Source of the DNA: Pseudodesulfovibrio mercurii
GTDB lineage: Bacteria > Desulfobacterota > Desulfovibrionia > Desulfovibrionales > Desulfovibrionaceae
Reading direction: 5' to 3'
NCBI RefSeq assembly: GCF_000189295.2
Contig: NC_016803.1
Coordinates: 2,250,001 to 2,282,000, forward strand
DNA length: 32,000 nt
This document shows positions 17,459 to 25,549 of the stretch, piece after piece. Every line of letters starts with the position of its first letter. The stretch's first letter is position 1. The notes beneath the pieces were generated by a model that worked only from the letters and a program-made list of their open reading frames with translations, was not told the origin of the DNA and searched no databases. A program made the position numbers and the translations under genes.

Positions 17459-18300
17459 GGGATTTTCACCCCGGGCCCCTCAAGCAGGCGGTGGGCCGGG
17501 CCGCAGTATTCCCGGACCAGCCGGTCGTAGGTCCCGTCCCCTCGGATGGCCGCCAGCCCCTTGTCGAAGCGAACCAGGAGCGCCTCCGCGCCGGGGTAGG
17601 CCCTGGAGACCATGAGGTGCTGCGGGTTGAGATTCCACGGCGTGGGGGTGGAGGCGAAACGGTCGGCCTGGGAGGGGAAGATGCGGTTGATCAGGGTCCA
17701 GCCCACCAGTTCGTCCTCGGCGAACAGGGTGGCGCGCAGCTCCCAGAGCCGGCGCACGCCCGATGCCTCGCCCGGCGCATAGTCCACCATCAGCCCTTTT
17801 TCCTTGAAGATTTCCTCGTAATAATGGCCCGATGTCCCGGCGATGAGGCGGCCGCGCAGATCGTCCAGCGAGGTGAAGTCGAAGGCGCCGAGCCGCCCCT
17901 TGAGGTAGAAGAAGACGTTGCGGCAGGTCCAGATGGGGTCGCTGAACAGGGCGTAGGCCGCGCGCGCGTCCGTGCGGCCGTAGGGGTAGGCCGCGAAGGC
18001 CTCGCCCTCGCGGACCATCAGGGCGCAGCGACGCCAGGGGCGGTACAGGATTTCGGTCTCCACCCCGACACGGGCGAAGGCGGCCCGGACGACCTCGGTC
18101 AGCAGGCCGGGGCGTTCCCCCCTGGTTATGACGTAGGGCGGGTATTCGTCGGTCACCAGGATGACCGGCCCCCCGGCCCGGACCGCGCCGGGGACCGCGA
18201 GCACGGCGAGGACCGCGAGGAGCATGGCCGCGAACGCGGACGCGAGGGACGGCCGGAGCGGGGCGAGGAGCGCGGGAAGGGGGACGGATAACCGGAACAT
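17455..18300 (-). CDS. Periplasmic substrate-binding protein, family 3 (amino-acid ABC type), orphan
   Basis: 281 aa with a hydrophobic signal region. SBP_bac_3-like strings are VTDEYPPYV, ILYRPWRR and LIAGTSGHYYEE. No permease or ATPase gene is adjacent. Confidence 0.65.
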   Translation of the reverse strand: MFRLSVPLPALLAPLRPSLASAFAAMLLAVLAVLAVPGAVRAGGPVILVTDEYPPYVITRGERPGLLTEVVRAAFARVGVETEILYRPWRRCALMVREGEAFAAYPYGRTDARAAYALFSDPIWTCRNVFFYLKGRLGAFDFTSLDDLRGRLIAGTSGHYYEEIFKEKGLMVDYAPGEASGVRRLWELRATLFAEDELVGWTLINRIFPSQADRFASTPTPWNLNPQHLMVSRAYPGAEALLVRFDKGLAAIRGDGTYDRLVREYCGPAHRLLEGPGVKIP

Positions 18301-18401
18301 GGCTCACGCTAGCACGCGCGCCCGGTTTTTGCCGCAACTTTTTCACCCCTCCCGGCATCTCGGTGGTGGCGGCTCCGGGACGCATGTATTACCGTGCCCC
18401 C

Positions 18402-19721
18402 ATGTCCATCGACAGCCATGCCGATCGCCCCGCCGCACGCCCCGCAAGCGGCCCCCCGCCGCGCACCCCGGTCCGGGCCCTGGTCTCCTGGGCCCTGTAC
18501 GACTGGGCCAACTCCGGGTTCGCCGCTCTGGTCCAGACCTTCGTCTTCGCGGCCTATTTCGCCAGGGCCGTGGCCGAAAACGAGACCCTGGGCACGGCCT
18601 GGTGGGGGAACATGATGGGCGTGGCCGGGCTGGTCATCGGCCTGGGCGGCCCCCTGCTCGGGGCCGTGGCCGACCGCGCCGGGCGGCGCAAGCCGTGGCT
18701 GGCCGCCTTCACCGCCCTGTGCATCGCGGCCACGGCGCTGCTGTGGTGCGTCCGGCCGGACCCGGTCTGGGTCTGGCCCGCCCTGCTCCTGGCCGGGATC
18801 GGGACCATCGGCAGCGAGTACGCCATGATCTTCTACAACGCCATGCTCCCGGACCTGGCCGACAAGGCGCGCATCGGCCGCTGGTCGGGCTGGGGCTGGG
18901 GGCTGGGCTACGCGGGCGGCCTGGTCCTGCTCATCCTGGCCCTGTACGGCCTGGTCCAGCCGCCGGGCTGGTTCGGCATCCCGCGCGAGGAGGCCCTGAA
19001 CGTGCGCGCGGTCATGCCCCTTACCGCCCTGTGGTACCTGGTCTTCTGTCTGCCGCTCTTCCTGTTCACCCCGGACGCGCCGTCCGCGCGCCTCCCGCTG
19101 GGCCGGGCCGTGGCCGGGGCCGTGACCCAGCTGCGCGGCTCCCTCCGGGACCTGCGCAACCACCGGCACATAGCCCTGTTCCTGCTGGCGCGCATGTTCT
19201 ACAACGACGGGCTGACGACCATGTTCGCCTTCGGCGGCATCTACGCGGCCGCCGCCTTCGGCATGGATTCGAGCGAGGTCATCGTCTTCGGCATCGGCCT
19301 GAACGTCACGGCCGGGCTGGGCGCGGCCTCCTTCGCCTGGCTGGACGACCGGGTCGGGCCGAGGCGGACCATCCTCCTGTCCCTGATCGGGCTGACCGTG
19401 CCGGGCGCGGCCATCCTGGTGGTGAAAAGCAAGACCCTGTTCTGGATTTTCGGGCTGGCCATCGGTATATTCGTGGGGCCGGTCCAGGCGTCGAGCCGGT
19501 CCTGGCTGGCCCACGCGGCCCCGGCCGAGGCGCGCACCCAGATGTTCGGGCTCATGGCCCTGTCGGGCAAGCTGACCTCGTTCCTCGGGCCGTTCCTGGT
19601 GGGCTGGCTGACCCTGGCCACGGGCAGCCAGCGGCTGGGCATGTCCGCCGTGGTCGGGCTGTTCGTCATCGGGCTCGCGGGCATGCTCTTCGTGCCCGAG
19701 GCGACCCGCGACCGGGCGTGA
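18402..19721 (+). CDS. MFS transporter, UMF1 (Atg22-like) family
   Basis: Signature WALYDWANSGFAALVQTFVF and 12 predicted TM segments. Start at 18402; the alternatives 18384 and 18363 are possible. Confidence 0.8.
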   Translation: MSIDSHADRPAARPASGPPPRTPVRALVSWALYDWANSGFAALVQTFVFAAYFARAVAENETLGTAWWGNMMGVAGLVIGLGGPLLGAVADRAGRRKPWLAAFTALCIAATALLWCVRPDPVWVWPALLLAGIGTIGSEYAMIFYNAMLPDLADKARIGRWSGWGWGLGYAGGLVLLILALYGLVQPPGWFGIPREEALNVRAVMPLTALWYLVFCLPLFLFTPDAPSARLPLGRAVAGAVTQLRGSLRDLRNHRHIALFLLARMFYNDGLTTMFAFGGIYAAAAFGMDSSEVIVFGIGLNVTAGLGAASFAWLDDRVGPRRTILLSLIGLTVPGAAILVVKSKTLFWIFGLAIGIFVGPVQASSRSWLAHAAPAEARTQMFGLMALSGKLTSFLGPFLVGWLTLATGSQRLGMSAVVGLFVIGLAGMLFVPEATRDRA

Positions 19722-19769
19722 CCGGGCCTGACGCCATCGGGGCCGGGCGAGAACAACAAGGAGTGCATC

Positions 19770-20327
19770 ATGTCGGATTTCCGTTTCGAGTTGACCGACG
19801 GGGAAAAAGGATATCTCAAGGAGCTGGTGGTCCAGTCCATCGCCTCTGGCCTGGGCCTGGGCGACGGCCCGTCCGGACCGCCCGCGCCGCCTTCCGACAA
19901 GCTGCGCGAGCACCTGGGCGCCTTCGTCACCCTCAAGCTCCACGGCCGGCTGCGCGGCTGCATCGGCAACGTCCAGGGATCGGGCGAACTGTACCGCACG
20001 GTCTGGGAGATGGCCCGGTCCGCCGCCTTCCGCGACCCGCGCTTCCCGGCCCTGACCGAGGACGAGTTCCCCGAGCTGGAATACGAAATCTCCATCCTCA
20101 GCCCCATCGAGCCGTGCCCGGACCCGGCCCTGGTGGAGGTCGGCCGCCACGGCCTGATCATGAGCCGGGGCATGCAGTCCGGCCTGCTCCTGCCCCAGGT
20201 GCCGGTGGAGTGGCACTGGAACCGCGAGACCTTCCTGGCCCAGACCTGCCTCAAGGCCGGTCTGCCGTCCAACGCCTGGCGGGACCCGGACACGTCGATC
20301 TTCTGGTTCGAGGCCGAGGTCTTCTAG
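19770..20327 (+). CDS. AMMECR1-domain protein (AmmeMemoRadiSam system protein A)
   Basis: 185 aa. GAFVTLKLHGRLRGCIGN...RDPRFPALT...EISILSP...GLLLPQV is the AMMECR1 signature. SD AAGGAG lies upstream. Confidence 0.88.
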   Translation: MSDFRFELTDGEKGYLKELVVQSIASGLGLGDGPSGPPAPPSDKLREHLGAFVTLKLHGRLRGCIGNVQGSGELYRTVWEMARSAAFRDPRFPALTEDEFPELEYEISILSPIEPCPDPALVEVGRHGLIMSRGMQSGLLLPQVPVEWHWNRETFLAQTCLKAGLPSNAWRDPDTSIFWFEAEVF

Positions 20328-20456
20328 TCAATTGTGAAATGCAGAGAAATCTCCTATCGACAGGGGTACTTATTATCGTGTATAGATTAGTTCCATGAAT
20401 GTGCGGCCCAGTATCGGGCCGCACCGGAGCGCAGCCAGCCCGAAGGCAGGACAACC

Positions 20457-21176
20457 ATGCCCGACAAGGCCCAAAAAGAGACGACCGCCAGCATCGCCCC
20501 CGCAGAGACCAAGGTCCTGACCATGCCGGGCGTGCAGCTGCGCGTCTCCCTGGGCAAGGATGTGGTCATCCGCGTGCCGGGTGCGGACCACTCCTACCGG
20601 GGCCGCATCGTGGGCTTCGACCCCTACGACTACCTCATCGCCTCGGTCCGGCTGCCCGGCCGCATCCGCAGGCAGCTGGCCCTGGGCGGCCAGATGATCG
20701 TCAAGTACATCCACCAGGGCACGATCTACGGATTCCGGACCACCGCGTACAACACCGTCACCTCGCCCACCTCCCTGGTCTTCTTCGCCTATCCGTCGGT
20801 CATCGAAAAAGTGGAGCTGCGCCGCGACACCCGGACCGAGTGCAACATCGACGGGGCGCTCCAGGCCGAGAACGGCGAGTACGAATGCCTGATCGTCAAC
20901 ATCAGCGCCACCGGGTGCAAGGTCTCGGTCCGCGCCCGGGCGCGGGACCCCATCGCCCGGCTCAAGGTGGGCGACACCCTGGTGGCCATCGTCAACCTGG
21001 GCACCGAGGGCACCCTCAAGCTGCCCATCGTGGTCCGCAACATCCAACGGGAACAGGGCCTGCACACCATCGGGGCCATGTTCCTCGACCTGAACGAGGC
21101 GGAAGAGGAACGTATAGGCAACTACCTGAAGAGAATGCGCAGACTGACGCGCCAACCGACCGGACCTGCGACATGA
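20457..21176 (+). CDS. YcgR-like flagellar brake / PilZ-domain c-di-GMP receptor
   Basis: PilZN-like N-terminal half. The PilZ motifs are RRDTR (RxxxR) and NISATG (D/NxSxxG). Confidence 0.8.
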   Translation: MPDKAQKETTASIAPAETKVLTMPGVQLRVSLGKDVVIRVPGADHSYRGRIVGFDPYDYLIASVRLPGRIRRQLALGGQMIVKYIHQGTIYGFRTTAYNTVTSPTSLVFFAYPSVIEKVELRRDTRTECNIDGALQAENGEYECLIVNISATGCKVSVRARARDPIARLKVGDTLVAIVNLGTEGTLKLPIVVRNIQREQGLHTIGAMFLDLNEAEEERIGNYLKRMRRLTRQPTGPAT

Positions 21177-22375
21177 TCAAAAAAATCCCCATCGAAGAGC
21201 TCAAGCCCGGCATGGAAGTGGTCCGTGTGGCCGACGACCTCTGGCACCACCTGCCCTACCTGTACGCCGAACCCGGCATCATCGAATCCGAGGAGGAGGT
21301 GGCCCGGCTCAGGGAGCTGGGCTACCGGGAAACCTTCGTGGCCACGGACGAGGCCGCGGGCAAGACCGACGAGGCCCACCTGGAACAGCTCCTGGCCGAA
21401 CCCAGGCTTGACCGCGAACGGCCCGTGCGCACCCCCTTCGGGGAGGCCATCTCCTCGGCCATGGTCACCTACGAGGACGCCATGGCCCACGCCATGCAGA
21501 TCGTCCAGGACGCCAAGCTCGGTCGCAAGATGGACTTCGCCACCTCGCTGGAGACGGCCAGCGCCATCGTGGAGTCGGCCGTGTCGAACCCGGACACCCT
21601 GGTCTGCCTGGCCAAGCTGTCCGAGTTCGACGACTACACCTACACCCACTGCATCAACGTGGCCGCCATCAGCGTGGTCTTCGGCGAGTATATCGGCATG
21701 TCCCGCGAGGAGCTGGTCCTGCTCGGCGTGGCCGGGATGATGCACGACCTGGGCAAGACCACGGTCCCGGCCCGGATCATCAACAAGCCCGGCCCCCTGA
21801 CCCGGCCCGAGCGCGACGAGGTCCGCCGCCACCCCGAGTACGGCTGCGACATCCTCCAGCGCAACAGCGACATCCCGGCCAAGGTCCTGCGCGCGGTCAT
21901 GCACCATCACGAGCGGCACAACGGCTCGGGCTACCCCGCCGGAATGACCCGCAAGGACATCCCGGCCTTCGCCCGCATCCTCAGCCTGGCCGACGTGTAC
22001 GACGCCCTGACCTCGGACCGCTGCTACAAGAACGCCATCCTGCCCAACAAGGCTCTGGGCATCATGTACGGCATGCGCGACCAGGACTTCGACCCCACCG
22101 AGGTCCAGCTGTTCATCAAGTGCCTGGGCATCTTCCCGGCGGGCAGCTTCGTGCGCCTGAACACCGGCGAGTACGCCCTGGTCTTCGAGACCAACTCGCG
22201 CGAGCCGCTGAACCCGAAGATCCGGATCATAATGGACCGCGAGATGAAGCCCATCCGCACCCGTGACGTGGACCTGACCGCCCCGGACGGGGGGGACGGG
22301 CCCATCGAGATCCTGGAATGCGCCGATCCCTCGGCCTACCGCAAGAACCTGATGAACTACCTGACCGCCCGCTGA
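21173..22375 (+). CDS. HD-GYP domain c-di-GMP phosphodiesterase with DUF3391-like N-terminal domain
   Basis: True start ATG 21173 overlaps the PilZ stop as ATGA. The N-terminus reads MIKKIPIEELKPGMEVV. The HD-GYP motifs are MMHDLGK and HHERHNGSGYPAG. The 258 codons upstream in track ORF 20399..22375 are a frame-shadow. Confidence 0.88.
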   Translation: MIKKIPIEELKPGMEVVRVADDLWHHLPYLYAEPGIIESEEEVARLRELGYRETFVATDEAAGKTDEAHLEQLLAEPRLDRERPVRTPFGEAISSAMVTYEDAMAHAMQIVQDAKLGRKMDFATSLETASAIVESAVSNPDTLVCLAKLSEFDDYTYTHCINVAAISVVFGEYIGMSREELVLLGVAGMMHDLGKTTVPARIINKPGPLTRPERDEVRRHPEYGCDILQRNSDIPAKVLRAVMHHHERHNGSGYPAGMTRKDIPAFARILSLADVYDALTSDRCYKNAILPNKALGIMYGMRDQDFDPTEVQLFIKCLGIFPAGSFVRLNTGEYALVFETNSREPLNPKIRIIMDREMKPIRTRDVDLTAPDGGDGPIEILECADPSAYRKNLMNYLTAR

Positions 22376-22398
22376 CCCGCGCCCGCCGGAGAGACCCG

Positions 22399-22839
22399 AT
22401 GCTGGACATGAACATATGGCTTGGCGTGATCGTGCTGACGATCCTGCTCTACGGGCTCAAGTGGTGGCACGGCCGGGGCCGCAAGGTGAAGGTCTACCGG
22501 GTCTCGCCCGAATCCCTGAAGCGGGCCAAGGAGGTGGTCGTGCCCGTCCTGGCCCTGGTGGAGGACGGCGAGAGCTTCCCCTTGGACGAGCAGCGGCTGG
22601 TCCACTCCAAGGAGGACGTCAAGAGCGCGGCCAAGATCATGGCCTACTACTTCTGGAAGAAACGCCGCCAGGAGGAGCTGGCCCGGATCAAGCACTGCTT
22701 CGTGGCCCTGTCCCGGTTCCAGGACGCCTCCCTGGACCTGGAGGCCCAGGAGCGGCGGTCCGCCCGCGAACGCGCCCGGCTCGAACGCGAGATCAACTTC
22801 TACCTGACCCACTCGCCCTTCAGCGCCCGGCGCTCCTAG
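22399..22839 (+). CDS. Hypothetical membrane-anchored protein (single N-terminal TM, charged coiled C-terminus)
   Basis: ATG 22399 with GGAGAG 6 nt upstream, giving MLDMNIWLGVIVLTILLYGLKWW. No family was recognised. Confidence 0.5.
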   Translation: MLDMNIWLGVIVLTILLYGLKWWHGRGRKVKVYRVSPESLKRAKEVVVPVLALVEDGESFPLDEQRLVHSKEDVKSAAKIMAYYFWKKRRQEELARIKHCFVALSRFQDASLDLEAQERRSARERARLEREINFYLTHSPFSARRS

Positions 22840-22877
22840 ACCTCAGCCCGCCGAATCAACAACGACCCGCTGCGCGC

Positions 22878-23150
22878 CTAGGCGTTCTCGGGCTTGTCGC
22901 CCCGAATCTCGGCGAAGCGCGCCTTGAGCCGACCCAGGATGTGGTCGTACCCCTCGGGCGTGTGCGGGATCAGGCAGGTGGTGCAGTCCTTGACCCCGGA
23001 ATCCAGGATCACGTAGTTGCCGCCGCACTCCTCGAAGAAGTAGAGCGGGCAGAAGCAGAACAGGCAGTTGAACCGCTCCGGCCGTTTGGTCTTGTGGCAG
23101 GGGAAGTACTCGCAGTCCGTGTTGCAGAAGAATCGATGGCTGTTTTTCAT
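22878..23150 (-). CDS. Cysteine-rich small domain protein (PF04071-like, B12-pathway associated)
   Basis: MKNSHRFFCNTDCEYFPCHKTKRPERFNCLFCFCPLYFFEECGGNYVILDSGVKDCTTCLIPH matches the Cys-rich small-domain pattern. The start is 1 nt after the upstream stop (TGAcATG). Confidence 0.75.
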   Translation of the reverse strand: MKNSHRFFCNTDCEYFPCHKTKRPERFNCLFCFCPLYFFEECGGNYVILDSGVKDCTTCLIPHTPEGYDHILGRLKARFAEIRGDKPENA

Positions 23151-23151
23151 G

Positions 23152-23469
23152 TCAGCGGAACTGTACCTGCTTGACGGGCGGCTCGCAATCCTCGTCCCCG
23201 GGAAACTCGGCAAAGGGGAAGGGCCGCCGGTTGTCGTTCAGGGTGGCGTAGCGCATGATCCGGTAGCCGTACTGCGACAGGCCGTTGCACCAGCGCCTGA
23301 GGGGCTCGCTGCGCTTCTTCACCGCCAGCAGGTAGCCGTACTGGAACAGGGTGGCCACCTCGACGATCAGGGTCAGGACCTCGAAGAAGATGAGGCAGAC
23401 CAGGGTGACGATGCAGCGCTTCAGGATCTCGCTCCGCTTCACGGTGGTGGCGCGGGTTTCCGTGGACAT
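23152..23469 (-). CDS. DUF4389-like small membrane protein
   Basis: 105 aa, two TM helices, and the tail ...RYATLNDNRRPFPFAEFP is typical of DUF4389. SD GGAGGAAA lies upstream. Confidence 0.55.
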   Translation of the reverse strand: MSTETRATTVKRSEILKRCIVTLVCLIFFEVLTLIVEVATLFQYGYLLAVKKRSEPLRRWCNGLSQYGYRIMRYATLNDNRRPFPFAEFPGDEDCEPPVKQVQFR

Positions 23470-23541
23470 ATGGTTTCCTCCGGTTGCGGTTCTCCGGCCC
23501 AGCCTAGCCCATCCCGGCCGTTTCGCGCAACCTGGCCCGTC

Positions 23542-23937
23542 CTAGGCCCCCAGCCACTTGACCCACAGCTTGCGGGTGCGGGGGCCGTCGAACTCGCAGA
23601 AGTAAATTTTCTGCCACGTCCCGAGCCGGACCTCCCCGCCCTCGACGATGACCAGCTGATCGCAGCCGAACATGGATGACTTGATGTGCGCGTCCGAGTT
23701 GCCCTCGGCGTGGCGGTAGTCGCCCTGGCGCGGGACCAGCTTGCGCAGGTTGACCACGATGTCCCGGACCACGTCCGGGTCGGCCCCCTCGTTGATGGTC
23801 ACGGCCCCGGTGGTGTGCGGGCAGTAGAGCAGCAACGCCCCGTCGGACCATCCGTTCTCGCGGATCGCCCGGCGCACGGCCGGGGTGATGTCCAGCAGCT
23901 CCTCGCGGTCGTGGGTGCGGATTTCCAACGTGTCCAT
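23542..23937 (-). CDS. yjbQ: YjbQ/UPF0047 family protein (secondary thiamine-phosphate synthase type)
   Basis: True start ATG 23937, with GGAGG 7 nt upstream, giving MDTLEIRTHDREELLDITPAV...LLLYCPHTTGAVTINEGADPDV...HAEGNSDAHIKSS...GTWQKIYFCEFDGPR. Confidence 0.88.
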   Translation of the reverse strand: MDTLEIRTHDREELLDITPAVRRAIRENGWSDGALLLYCPHTTGAVTINEGADPDVVRDIVVNLRKLVPRQGDYRHAEGNSDAHIKSSMFGCDQLVIVEGGEVRLGTWQKIYFCEFDGPRTRKLWVKWLGA

Positions 23938-23953
23938 GGCGTCCTCCCCCGCG

Positions 23954-24715
23954 TTAGGCGCGGTACATGTGCTTGAAGCGCTCGTCGTAGAGCAGCGAGC
24001 GGGCCGTGCCCGCGTCCTCGCGCCCCTGGCCGGGCAGGACCAGGAACACGGTCTGGCGGGTGAAGCCGTTTTCGCGCGCGGCCTGGGCCAGCGCGCCCAG
24101 CTCGGTCTCCACGACCTTCTCGTCCGGCCAGCCCACGCGGCAGGCCATGACCACCAGGGTGGCCGCGTCCAGCCCCCCGGCCAGCAGCTCCCGCTGCACG
24201 CCCTCGGGGTCGCCCGCCGACAGATAGATGCACATGGCCGCGCCGTGGGCCGCAAGCCCGCGCAACGCCTCGCCCTCGGGCACCGGCGTCTTGCCCGCCA
24301 TGCGGGTGAAGATCAGGGTCTGGGTGACCTCGGGCACGGTGTACGACCGTTTGGCCGCGGCAGCCGCCGCGAACCCGGCGGTCACGCCCGGCACCACCTC
24401 GTAGGAAATTCCGGCCGCGTCCAGCAGGGCCATCTGCTCGCGGATGGCCCCGAACAGCGACGGGTCGCCCGTGTGCACCCTGGCCACCGTGCCGCCCGAG
24501 GCCACGGTCTCGGCCATGAGCTCGTGCGTTTCCGCCAGGGTCATGGGCGCGGAATCGGCAACCCGCGCGCCGGGCTTGGCCCCGGCCACCACCTCGACGG
24601 GCACCAGGGACCCGGCATAGAGCACCAGGTCGACCTGCCCGATGAGCCGCCGCCCCTTGACGGTCAGCAACTCCGGGTCGCCCGGCCCGGCCCCGATGAA
24701 ATACACGTCCGCCAT
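23954..24715 (-). CDS. cbiF: Cobalt-precorrin-4 C11-methyltransferase
   Basis: True start ATG 24715, in an ATGA overlap with the exonuclease stop, giving MADVYFIGAGPGDPELLTVKG...VARVHTGDPSLFGAI...YEVVPGVTA. Confidence 0.88.
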   Translation of the reverse strand: MADVYFIGAGPGDPELLTVKGRRLIGQVDLVLYAGSLVPVEVVAGAKPGARVADSAPMTLAETHELMAETVASGGTVARVHTGDPSLFGAIREQMALLDAAGISYEVVPGVTAGFAAAAAAKRSYTVPEVTQTLIFTRMAGKTPVPEGEALRGLAAHGAAMCIYLSAGDPEGVQRELLAGGLDAATLVVMACRVGWPDEKVVETELGALAQAARENGFTRQTVFLVLPGQGREDAGTARSLLYDERFKHMYRA

Positions 24716-25251
24716 CACAGCACCTTGTTCATGAAGTCCGGGTTCCGGCGCAGGCCGTTGACAGCGATGAGCGCGCACGCCTCGGCGTCCGAGGCCGCGT
24801 TGTGGTGGTTCAGCTCGATGCCCAGGTATTCGCACACGTTGGGCAGCTTGTTGCACGAAAGCTCCCAGGTCTTGCGGGCCAGCTGCACCGTGCACAGGAA
24901 CGGCTGCTCCGGCGCGGTCCAGCCGGACTCCTTGCAGCAGGTGTGCAGGACCGACTTGTCAAAGGCCGCGTTGTGCGCCACCAGGAAGTCCGCGCCCCGG
25001 AAATGGACCTCCAGCTCGGGCCACAGATCCCCGAAACTCGGCTCGTTGCACACGTCCTCCCAATGGATGCCGTGCACACGCACGCAGAACGGATTGAACC
25101 TGGCCCTGGGCGGACGGATCAGTCGATAGTCCCGGGCCACGATCTCGCCCCGGTCCACCACCACGATGCCCAATGCACAAGCCGAATCCCGCTTGGGATC
25201 CGCCGTCTCGAAATCAATGGCCACAAACCGCACGTCGTCCAATGTGGGCAT
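24715..25251 (-). CDS. DEDDh 3'-5' exonuclease (DnaQ/epsilon-like domain, standalone)
   Basis: Exo I is VAIDFETAD, Exo II is LVAHNAAFD and Exo III is HHNAASDAEA. The SD GGAGG lies inside repeat copy C. Confidence 0.85.
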   Translation of the reverse strand: MPTLDDVRFVAIDFETADPKRDSACALGIVVVDRGEIVARDYRLIRPPRARFNPFCVRVHGIHWEDVCNEPSFGDLWPELEVHFRGADFLVAHNAAFDKSVLHTCCKESGWTAPEQPFLCTVQLARKTWELSCNKLPNVCEYLGIELNHHNAASDAEACALIAVNGLRRNPDFMNKVL

Positions 25252-25256
25252 AAAGC

Positions 25257-25385
25257 GCCTCCGGCGGCCGGGGGAAGGGGGAAGGGAAACCCTTTGAAAA
25301 GGGCTTTCCCTTCCCCCTCCCCCCGGACCCCCATCCCCCTTCCCTTCCTAAACTTTTTAGCGCGCCTTCGGCGGGGAAGGAACTC
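25257..25385 (-). repeat. Intergenic palindromic repeat, copy C (long form)
   Basis: Near-identical over about 120 nt to 31116-31240. It contains a long G/A-rich hairpin (25270-25325) and a CCGCC-TTC-GGCGG mini-hairpin. Confidence 0.85.
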
Positions 25386-25434
25386 GGGAATGGGTTCAAT
25401 CTTATCAGGTTGCTCCAAAAATATCGTTCATGCC

Positions 25435-25535
25435 GCTCCCTCCCCGCGCCCGCACGCACTTGCCGAAGGCACACAAAAAGTTTGAAAGGGGGGTCCAGGG
25501 GGGAAACTTTTTCAAAAGTTTCCCCCCTGGCCGCC
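25435..25535 (+). repeat. Intergenic palindromic repeat, copy B (short form, opposite orientation to C)
   Basis: ...GCCGAAGGCacACAAAAAGTTTgaAAGG..GGGGTCC... followed by a perfect 17-bp palindrome CCAGGGGGGAAACTTTT-tc-AAAAGTTTCCCCCCTGG (25485-25520) and the terminal GGCCGCCGGAGGC. Confidence 0.8.
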
Positions 25536-25549
25536 GGAGGCATTCTTCT

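Noticed and set aside
18161-20398. 745-aa plus-strand ORF, together with the 635-aa minus-strand ORF 18309..20216
   Set aside because: Both are shadow frames over the MFS transporter and AMMECR1 genes. They have non-protein-like composition and no motifs.
20399-21172. Upstream 258 codons of the 658-aa ORF 20399..22375
   Set aside because: These codons are a frame-shadow over the PilZ gene. The HD-GYP protein starts at MIKKIPIEELKPG (21173).
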